Below, piece by piece: positions 10,949-17,890 of a stretch of DNA of 34,963 nucleotides. The position numbers and the translations under genes were made by a program. The stretch lies in assembly GCA_964479555.1 (NCBI GenBank), contig CAYZML010000001.1, forward strand, positions 1 through 34,963. Reading direction: 5' to 3'. Every line of letters begins with the position of its first letter. Positions within the stretch are counted from its first letter, which is position 1. This DNA is from an uncultured Gammaproteobacteria bacterium (lineage in GTDB: Bacteria > Patescibacteriota > Patescibacteriia > Patescibacteriales > Patescibacteriaceae). Under the pieces are notes generated by a model that saw nothing but the letters and a program-made list of their open reading frames with translations, was not told the origin of the DNA and searched no databases.

Positions 10949-10976
10949 TATAGACAACTACTATCATCACCGCAAT

Positions 10977-11708
10977 ATGACATCCTCCCCATCACCACAT
11001 CATCATCCCCACTGGGTACGTAACACAATTCTAACAATTGCGATTGTTCCAATTACTCTTTTTTTAGCCTTATTAATCGTAGTTTTTGTCGCCGATACCC
11101 TTACCCGCAGTGAACAAATTCGTCATGGTAATTATACTAAACCACTCGCCTCTTCGCCGGCTCCGACCCCGACGACCTATCAGGGCGAGCGTAAAGCTCT
11201 GATTGAAGGATCGGGCAATAACTCATTTGGCACTGAAAATCCAACTGTAACGATTGTTGAGTTCTCTGACTTTGCGTGTCCCTTCTGCCGTGCTTCTTTT
11301 CCCGCTTTGCGTGAAGTCAGTCTTAAACATCAAGACACAGTAAAAATTATTTTTCGTGATTGGCCAGGTCATGAGTTTTCTTTACCGCTCGCCTTAGCCG
11401 CCTATTGCGCCGGTGAACAAAATAAATTTTGGGAAATGCACGATAAACTATTTCAGAACCAAAGTGATACTTTTGGTAGTGATAAAAATCAACTAGCCAC
11501 CCTGGCACAACAATTAGGAATTTATAATGAAAAATTTCAAAGTTGTTTTGACACGCAAAAATATCTTTCCCAAATTCGTCAAAACTTTACTGACTCAGAA
11601 AAACTGGAAGTACAAGGAACACCAACCTGGTTTATTAATGGTGAAAAAATTGAAGGCCAGCTATCAACTACTGAACTAGAAAAATTAATTGCCCCATATC
11701 TAAAATAG
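10977..11708 (+). CDS. dsbA: Membrane-anchored DsbA/BdbD-family thiol:disulfide oxidoreductase
   Basis: N-terminal TM; IVEFSDFACPFC (CxxC), AAYCAGEQNKFWEMHDKLF, VQGTPTWFING (cis-Pro loop). Confidence 0.92.
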   Translation: MTSSPSPHHHPHWVRNTILTIAIVPITLFLALLIVVFVADTLTRSEQIRHGNYTKPLASSPAPTPTTYQGERKALIEGSGNNSFGTENPTVTIVEFSDFACPFCRASFPALREVSLKHQDTVKIIFRDWPGHEFSLPLALAAYCAGEQNKFWEMHDKLFQNQSDTFGSDKNQLATLAQQLGIYNEKFQSCFDTQKYLSQIRQNFTDSEKLEVQGTPTWFINGEKIEGQLSTTELEKLIAPYLK

Positions 11709-11713
11709 ATTAT

Positions 11714-12721
11714 ATGGTATATATGTCCAATACTACCAATAGAAAAAATCAAATACTTATATCCTTAAGTAGTTTAATTTTTTTTATTGGTGTATCTATT
11801 TTACTACCACTCCATATCAGTCAAGCAAAAGATCTTGGCTGTTGTATTAAAACTCATAAAACTGGGCCTACTATCGGCAAAAAAGATTATATGGATGCGA
11901 CTAAAGAAGAGTGTACTGCAGTCGCTCCTGGTAACCCTGATGATGCTTTTACAGTTGAATTTAAGGCCGGAATGATGGCTTTTAATAATACAGAATGTCG
12001 AGAGAGACCTGTAGTTGAGTCTCGTAGTCTTGGTGATCCAATTTATGTTAAACCAAGTGTAAGTATCCCTGACAGTGAATTCACGGCCGGACGGAATATT
12101 AAAGTTGAGGAAAGTACAATCACGCTCGCTAACTACATTATCGCTATCTTTAAATATTCAACCGGCGTGATTGGCATTATTGCCGCTATTGCGCTCATGC
12201 TTGGCGGAATTACCTGGCTGACCGCCGGCGGCAATCATGAACGAATCAGTTCAGCCAAAACAATGATTGGCTCAAGTTTAATGGGAATGTGCTTAGCGTT
12301 TGGTGCTTTTTTAATTTTATCAATTGTTAATACAAATTTAGTGAATTTAAAAATTCCGGCGGTACAGAAAGTTGAACGAATGGATATTGGTATTGGTGGT
12401 TGTTGTAAAAAGTTTAGCAATAATCCTTTAGGTGCTTTTACTACACAAAACCTTGATAGTCAAACATGTGAAAAATTAAATGCCCAGGTCGGAGATAACG
12501 ATAACCAGTATTATAAAATTGAGTTTATGCCATATATGCTAGCGGAAGAAAACGACTGTGTACCGCTTGGTTGTTGTGATTATATTGATTATCCTGGAAT
12601 AAAAGACGAAGTTCTATCAAATAAACAATGCGAAGGTAAAAATGGAACATTTCATCCTCTCACTAACGAACAACTAGCAACTCTAAGTATGTCTAGTTCG
12701 TGTCTTAGTTTAATACAGTAA
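11714..12721 (+). CDS. TrbC/VirB2-like pilin-module membrane protein flanked by GCC Cys-rich repeats (start may be 11723)
   Basis: PSVSIP...LANYIIAIFKY...MLGGITWLTAGGNHERISSAKTMI...ILSIVNTNL; three GCC...C...C repeats. Confidence 0.75.
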   Translation: MVYMSNTTNRKNQILISLSSLIFFIGVSILLPLHISQAKDLGCCIKTHKTGPTIGKKDYMDATKEECTAVAPGNPDDAFTVEFKAGMMAFNNTECRERPVVESRSLGDPIYVKPSVSIPDSEFTAGRNIKVEESTITLANYIIAIFKYSTGVIGIIAAIALMLGGITWLTAGGNHERISSAKTMIGSSLMGMCLAFGAFLILSIVNTNLVNLKIPAVQKVERMDIGIGGCCKKFSNNPLGAFTTQNLDSQTCEKLNAQVGDNDNQYYKIEFMPYMLAEENDCVPLGCCDYIDYPGIKDEVLSNKQCEGKNGTFHPLTNEQLATLSMSSSCLSLIQ

Positions 12722-12744
12722 TTAAAGCTTAAACAAAGTGGTTT

Positions 12745-13887
12745 ATGAAAAAATTGATTTTTATTATATTAGGCATTACTGTAGTGCCAACTATTACATT
12801 AGCGGCCGAAGGTTGCTGTAAAATTGATAATATTCCCGATAATGGTGCTACAAGTTATATCAAGACTACTCAGGAAGAATGCGAATATTACAATAATCAA
12901 TCAAAAAAAAGTACATTCTATGCCGGTCAGGTAGTGAGCTCTGATAATAAAAGCTGTATTGACCCGGCTCCATCTGTACCAAGTGGCCCTTCAAAAGTAA
13001 CTCCCCCGGCTCTATCTGTTTCAATCCCGGGTTTTGGCAAGTTTAGTGATGTTACCTGTGATGATCCGACCGTGCCATGCTCAATCCCCTGGCTCGCCGA
13101 ATATATTAAAGCGATTTTTAACTACGGTCTTCTGATTGTTGGTATTTTGTCGGTTATTGTTATGATGGTTGGCGGTATTATGCGTGTCACGGCCGCTGGT
13201 AATCGTGAACAAATCAGCCATGCCAACACTTTTATTAAATCAAGCGTGCTTGGTGCGACGTTGGCCTTTTGTTCTTATATGATTTTATTTTTACTTAATC
13301 CAAACTTAACGATCTTAAAACCTATTCAACTGTCTTATATCAGTAGACAGGAGTTAGATGATATTACTGAACCGGTGCCATTAGCAGAAATCCAAAGTAA
13401 TCCTGATATTGGAAAAATAGACCTTGATAGCAACCAATGGATTCCCGTACCAAATGACAGAACTGGCTTAGGAATCTGGACAGAGCAAAGTGAGCGATCA
13501 TCAGTCGCTTCAGTTGAAGCTTTAAAAAAAGCCGCTGATTGTTATCGAAAAAAGGGCGCAAATTATAGTATTCGTATTGCCGACGCTTCTCGCAGTCAAG
13601 CTGAACAAGAAAATTTATATAATCGAAATTGTCGTAGTGGAAAATGTAATCCCGCCACTTGTAATCCTTATGGTGGTCGTTGTCCACACACGAGTGGTAC
13701 TGCCTTTGATGCTTGGGCATGTGGTGGTTCAAATTGTCGAGATAAAAACCTACAACTTATTTTTCAACAATGTGCGCTTGAGGCTGGTTTTTGTATTCTT
13801 AGTAGTGAGTGTTGGCATATTGAATACCCACATTTTTCTTCAGCCTGTGGTTCAGAAAAACACTATCGCGGAAAATACTGCTATTAA
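12745..13887 (+). CDS. Pilin-module protein with C-terminal M15 (VanY-like D,D-carboxypeptidase/endopeptidase) domain
   Basis: Pilin module (LSVSIPG...IPWLAEYI...MMVGG...AAGNREQISHA...LNPNL); SRSQAEQENLY, HTSGTAFD (HxxGxAxD), ECWH (ExxH). Confidence 0.82.
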   Translation: MKKLIFIILGITVVPTITLAAEGCCKIDNIPDNGATSYIKTTQEECEYYNNQSKKSTFYAGQVVSSDNKSCIDPAPSVPSGPSKVTPPALSVSIPGFGKFSDVTCDDPTVPCSIPWLAEYIKAIFNYGLLIVGILSVIVMMVGGIMRVTAAGNREQISHANTFIKSSVLGATLAFCSYMILFLLNPNLTILKPIQLSYISRQELDDITEPVPLAEIQSNPDIGKIDLDSNQWIPVPNDRTGLGIWTEQSERSSVASVEALKKAADCYRKKGANYSIRIADASRSQAEQENLYNRNCRSGKCNPATCNPYGGRCPHTSGTAFDAWACGGSNCRDKNLQLIFQQCALEAGFCILSSECWHIEYPHFSSACGSEKHYRGKYCY

Positions 13888-13890
13888 TAT

Positions 13891-14925
13891 ATGCCTAAAA
13901 ATTCTCATCTTTGGCTTAAAATCGGAATTATTGTTTTTTTAACTTTTAATCTACTAGTACTAATGGCCAGAGCTCAAGATAATAAACTCCCAACTTTAAC
14001 CGCCCCTGATATTAAAGTATCTATTCCGGGAATGGAGCCACTAAAAGACATTCAATGCGCTGAAGGAAGCTGTACTATTCCTTGGTTTGGACAGTATATT
14101 GCTGGCCTACAAAGTTATGCGATTGGCATTGTTGGTATTATCGCGGTGATTGTGATTATGATTGGCGGTACTATTTGGTTGATAGCAGGTGGAAATTCAA
14201 GTCAAATTGAGGAAGCAAAAAAATTTATTAGTGGTGGAATCTTTGGATTATTTTTAACTTTTGGCGCCTATGTAATACTTTACATCATTAATCCAAACTT
14301 AACCGTGATGAAAGGATTAGAGATTGATCGGATTAAAAGAATTAATCTAGAAGAGATTTTAGCTGATATTAAAAATGGTGATCCAATTAGTAAAGAAGCA
14401 GCCGAATTAATGAATCAACTTGATACGGAAAAACTTATTAGTCACTCGGTGGGTAAAAGTGCTAATAATTACAAAACAATGAATTGTGATCGATCCTTAT
14501 TTAATGGTGGACAAGCAATTGATTTTTTTACTACTGGCTATTATAAACCACCCTACCAGAATACACAGGCATTTTTCTGTGATGTTGGCTTACAGTGTGC
14601 CTGTCCACCAGGCTCAAACCAAATTGGCCCAAATAAATCTCTATGTGGTCATAAATATAAATACTGCTCACCGTTTCCCGCCGGAACACCATATTGTAAT
14701 CGTACTGCCTCTGGTGTTCCACCGGAAGTTGGCCACGTTGCCGCTGACGGTAATTGCTTTAACTTTGGTGATAAATTATGTTTAGGCGGAAAAATAACCT
14801 TAACAGTGACTGATCGAGGTAGTGCAATTAAGGGCCGAAGACTAGATATTTTTAGTGGCTCAGATCGAAACACTGCTTTAGCTAGAACCGGGATTGGAAA
14901 AATAACCTTTGGTGCTTGTCCATAA
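13891..14925 (+). CDS. Pilin-module protein with C-terminal 3D (MltA-like) domain
   Basis: Pilin module (IKVSIPG...IPWFGQYI...MIGGTIWLIAGGNSSQIEEAKK...INPNL); TTGY...TASG...VAAD...VTDRGSAIKGRRLDIF. Confidence 0.85.
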   Translation: MPKNSHLWLKIGIIVFLTFNLLVLMARAQDNKLPTLTAPDIKVSIPGMEPLKDIQCAEGSCTIPWFGQYIAGLQSYAIGIVGIIAVIVIMIGGTIWLIAGGNSSQIEEAKKFISGGIFGLFLTFGAYVILYIINPNLTVMKGLEIDRIKRINLEEILADIKNGDPISKEAAELMNQLDTEKLISHSVGKSANNYKTMNCDRSLFNGGQAIDFFTTGYYKPPYQNTQAFFCDVGLQCACPPGSNQIGPNKSLCGHKYKYCSPFPAGTPYCNRTASGVPPEVGHVAADGNCFNFGDKLCLGGKITLTVTDRGSAIKGRRLDIFSGSDRNTALARTGIGKITFGACP

Positions 14926-14934
14926 TCGTGCAAT

Positions 14935-15246
14935 ATGAAAAAATATATATTAATTGTATCAATAGGAATTACTTTACTACTATCTTTTAATAAACAGGTA
15001 GTTTTAGCAAAAAATAATTGTTTAACTGTTGATAAAAACTTTACCTGTCAAAAACTTGGTCAAAGCTATATACTGTCTAAAAATTTTACCCAGGACTGTT
15101 CAGCCTATATGCCATACGATACAATTTGTTGTTGCGATCAATCAACCACTTCAACTATAAAACCAAAATATCTTTTAATCAGCGGGGTAATAGCTTTTTT
15201 TGCCCTTCTCACAACTTTTGTCATTATACATAAACATAATGCTTAA
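14935..15246 (+). CDS. Small Cys-rich exported protein with C-terminal TM anchor
   Basis: Signal peptide MKKYILIVSIGITLLLSF...VLA; six Cys including ICCC; C-terminal hydrophobic helix; abuts both neighbours. Confidence 0.7.
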   Translation: MKKYILIVSIGITLLLSFNKQVVLAKNNCLTVDKNFTCQKLGQSYILSKNFTQDCSAYMPYDTICCCDQSTTSTIKPKYLLISGVIAFFALLTTFVIIHKHNA

Positions 15247-16348
15247 TCTATCTAAAAAATTATTTGCCATCAGCGCAATTCTACTTGGACTAATATTACC
15301 AAGTTGGGGCACCATGTTATGGGCACAAAATAATACTGATAATCTTGGTTCTTCAACCCCTGTAATTCGAGATCCGATTGATATTCCAAACCTCGCTGTT
15401 CGTATTCCCGGTTTAATTATGAAACCCTCAACCTGTACTGAAACTGAGTGTACTACACCCTGGCTCGCCGAATACATTCAAGGATTATACCAATATGGCC
15501 TGGGCGCAATTACAATTCTAGCCGTGATTACTATGATGATTGGTGGAATTATCTGGGTAACGGCCGGCGGAAAGTCAGATCGAATTGAAGAGGCAAAAAA
15601 ATGGATTGGTGGGAGTTTAATCGGCGTTTTAATCGCTTTTACATCATATATGATTCTTAATTTTGTTAATCCGGCCCTGACAAAATTATCACCGATTAAA
15701 GTAGTTTATATTGAAAAAATAGATCTTGAACCTATTACAATTGGTGAAGATGAAGTTGACGGAACAACTGGCCTTGAAAATTCTAGCTCAACTACTAGTG
15801 GTACCAGTACAACTCAATGTGGTTGTCCATGGGATATACAGTTTGACTATGCAAATATTCCTTATATGAGTGGTGGACAAAACAGTGGAAACATAAAATC
15901 ACATGGTTGTGGAGCAGTATCATCTTGGGACCTGGTAAAGTGTAAAGGAAAATCATATAATCTACAACAATGGATCCAACTTTTAGATAAATATGATGTA
16001 GCAGCTGGAAGTTCAGGATCGGTTGGTGGAAATATGCCTAGTGTTTTCAAGGCCGCGGGCTTAAACACAGCTTATTTTGATAACCTTGTAAGTGCCGGTA
16101 AGAAAATGGATGAATTAGCAGCAAAAAATCCTATGATAATCATTGGCCTTAGGGGTAAAAATAAGGGCGGAACAGCTGATTGTCAATTTACAAAAAATGG
16201 TCATTTTATCTTTGCTCCTAAGAAAAATGGCAGTAGCCTTTGTATAAATGACCCTTCTAATAGTAGAGGTTATGATAATCGAAAAAATGCTGATATTAAT
16301 CAAATACAGAAAGATTGCATTGTAACTGGTGTAACCGTCGTATGGTAA
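15239..16348 (+). CDS. Pilin-module protein with C-terminal C39-like papain-fold peptidase
   Basis: ATG at 15239 (MLNLSKK) preferred to TTG 15200; pilin module (LAVRIPG...TPWLAEYI...MIGGIIWVTAGGKSDRIEEAKK...VNPAL); QFDY...IKSHGCG (Cys), GHFI (His), INDP (Asp). Confidence 0.8.
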   Translation: MLNLSKKLFAISAILLGLILPSWGTMLWAQNNTDNLGSSTPVIRDPIDIPNLAVRIPGLIMKPSTCTETECTTPWLAEYIQGLYQYGLGAITILAVITMMIGGIIWVTAGGKSDRIEEAKKWIGGSLIGVLIAFTSYMILNFVNPALTKLSPIKVVYIEKIDLEPITIGEDEVDGTTGLENSSSTTSGTSTTQCGCPWDIQFDYANIPYMSGGQNSGNIKSHGCGAVSSWDLVKCKGKSYNLQQWIQLLDKYDVAAGSSGSVGGNMPSVFKAAGLNTAYFDNLVSAGKKMDELAAKNPMIIIGLRGKNKGGTADCQFTKNGHFIFAPKKNGSSLCINDPSNSRGYDNRKNADINQIQKDCIVTGVTVVW

Positions 16349-16941
16349 AGATCTTTAAAATAATCATTATAGCTATTATCGCTTTTGCTCTTTTTCACCT
16401 CCTTACGGCTGATGGTTTCTATGCTAACCGCTTAAAACTTTACCGTCTTTTATTAACAAAATCACTCGAAGAAATTAGATCTGATTATACTCAGCGCTCC
16501 TGTACTAATTTTACTGATCAAGAAAAACATGATGGTTATTTTGAGGCTTTTGTCACCGGTTATTGTAAACCTCAAGCTAATGATTTTATCAGTCGTGAAG
16601 ATTTTCTTTGTTCAACCGCTCTTAACTGTTCTTGTCCTAATGGAAAAATTGAAGAAAGAAATTGCCACTCTTCCTCATTAAGCTGGCAAGGCTGTAAAGA
16701 GTTTGATGATAGCAAAACTGACTACTGCCATCAAACAGCTTCAACTGTTAAACCTGAGACTGGGCATATTGCCGCTGATTGGAATTGCTTTAAAAAAAAT
16801 AGTGTGGTTGAAATCGACGGTAAACCATACACTATTACTGATAAAGGCGCTTTAATTACGGGCCGCCGCTTTGATATTTGGTTTGATGATTGTACGAAAG
16901 CGGAAAAAGCTACGGGTATATATAAAGTAAAAATACAATAA
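16342..16941 (+). CDS. Membrane-anchored stand-alone 3D domain protein
   Basis: ATG 16342 (MVKIFKIIIIAIIAFALF) overlaps the upstream stop; VTGY...TAST...IAAD...ITDKGALITGRRFDIW. Confidence 0.82.
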   Translation: MVKIFKIIIIAIIAFALFHLLTADGFYANRLKLYRLLLTKSLEEIRSDYTQRSCTNFTDQEKHDGYFEAFVTGYCKPQANDFISREDFLCSTALNCSCPNGKIEERNCHSSSLSWQGCKEFDDSKTDYCHQTASTVKPETGHIAADWNCFKKNSVVEIDGKPYTITDKGALITGRRFDIWFDDCTKAEKATGIYKVKIQ

Positions 16942-16951
16942 AATTAACTAT

Positions 16952-17173
16952 ATGATTTATTTCACTGCCTACGCTGACCAAAAATTTAATCTCCTAAACG
17001 AACACCAAGTTTTTATTAGAAAAGAACAGGTTGAGGATATTGTACAATCACCCGATAAACGCGGAAAAATTGGTAAATATTTAACGGTGGAAAAAGATAA
17101 GGTAAAAGTTATCTATGAGAGAGAGGCTGAAGTTCTAAAAATAATCACTTTTTATCCGATAAAAAATAGTTGA
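16952..17173 (+). CDS. DUF4258-like (RelE/BrnT-fold) putative toxin
   Basis: 73 aa; IYFTAYA...EQVEDIVQSPD...KVIYE...KIITFYP; paired with a DUF2283-like gene. Confidence 0.6.
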   Translation: MIYFTAYADQKFNLLNEHQVFIRKEQVEDIVQSPDKRGKIGKYLTVEKDKVKVIYEREAEVLKIITFYPIKNS

Positions 17174-17184
17174 ATACATTGTAT

Positions 17185-17400
17185 ATGCCTGACATGAACT
17201 ACGATCTTGAAGCTAATATTATCAGTTGGAAAATTACGCAGGGTAAAATCAGCCATGTTCGGGAATTTGGTAACTTTCTTGTTCATCTTTCTCCAACCGG
17301 TAAACCAATTTTAATTGAGATTCTTAATGCTTCAAGTTTTAAAACAAAATTAAATAAACTTGATACTATAAAACAAATCAGCCAAGCTTTTGGAAATTAG
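17185..17400 (+). CDS. DUF2283-like putative antitoxin (TTG 17170 is an alternative start)
   Basis: YDLEANII...LVHLSPTGKPILIEILNAS matches the DUF2283 pattern. Confidence 0.7.
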   Translation: MPDMNYDLEANIISWKITQGKISHVREFGNFLVHLSPTGKPILIEILNASSFKTKLNKLDTIKQISQAFGN

Positions 17401-17410
17401 TTAAAAAGAT

Positions 17411-17782
17411 TTAAGAAACAACCGCCGCCTTGATTTTTGTGGTTTCAAACGCTGAAATTACTCCGTTAGTTTTAAGAATATCAGTTAAAACCTCCAGTTG
17501 AGTCTTCTGTGTCATTGTCTCTTCGATTGTTTGTACTCGACTCTCAAGACTATCAAGCCGAGCCTCAATTCTATCTAATCTATATTCAATCTTATCAATC
17601 TTTGCTTCAATCTTATCAAGCCGAGCCTCAATTCTATCAACTCGCGCTTCCAAAGCATCAAATCTAGCCTCCAAAATATCAAACCTCGCTTCTAACTTCT
17701 GGAATCTATCTTCCATCATTTGAAACGAACGATTAATCATCGTTGCTAAATCATCAAGGGTTAATTCGTGAGACATCGTCAT
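17411..17782 (-). CDS. Heptad-repeat coiled-coil protein
   Basis: LTLDDLATMINRSF followed by about nine (L/I)EAR(F/L/V)Dx-like heptads; has its own promoter. Confidence 0.8.
   Translation of the reverse strand: MTMSHELTLDDLATMINRSFQMMEDRFQKLEARFDILEARFDALEARVDRIEARLDKIEAKIDKIEYRLDRIEARLDSLESRVQTIEETMTQKTQLEVLTDILKTNGVISAFETTKIKAAVVS
17530..17710. repeat. Degenerate 21-bp tandem repeat encoding the heptads
   Basis: tatcaagccgagcctcaattctatc occurs at 17551 and 17614, 63 bp apart. Confidence 0.75.
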
Positions 17783-17815
17783 AAAAATTATTAATTAATC
17801 GGATGGGATGAAAAC

Positions 17816-17844
17816 AGTATAACAAAAAATAATTTTCCTTACAA
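17816..17844 (-). promoter_or_regulatory. Sigma70 promoter for the coiled-coil gene
   Basis: TTGTAA-17 bp-TATACT with TG extension. Confidence 0.6.
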
Positions 17845-17848
17845 CGCA

Positions 17849-17880
17849 GAAAAAAACCGCGATCATTCGCGGTTTTTTTC
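17849..17880 (-). terminator. Intrinsic terminator downstream of rpoC (symmetric, potentially bidirectional)
   Basis: GAAAAAAACCGCGA-TCAT-TCGCGGTTTTTTTC perfect inverted repeat with T-tracts, 10 nt past the rpoC stop. Confidence 0.88.
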
Positions 17881-17890
17881 TTTTGGTGTT

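Noticed and set aside
15200-15238. TTG start for the C39 gene
   Set aside because: It overlaps the upstream gene by 47 nt; ATG 15239 gives a proper signal peptide and a short coupling overlap.
16315-16341. TTG start for the stand-alone 3D gene
   Set aside because: ATG 16342 directly precedes the TM anchor and overlaps the previous stop.
11714-16348. Type IV (PilA-like) pilins
   Set aside because: No N-terminal G/FTLxE prepilin motif; the shared module is an internal two-TM hairpin.
10977-17400. Prophage lysis module or conjugative element
   Set aside because: No integrase, phage structural, holin, VirB4/VirD4 or relaxase genes, and no att-like repeats seen in the window.
17530-17710. Possible CRISPR array
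   Set aside because: The repeats are in-frame, degenerate and contiguous, with no unique spacers or cas genes.
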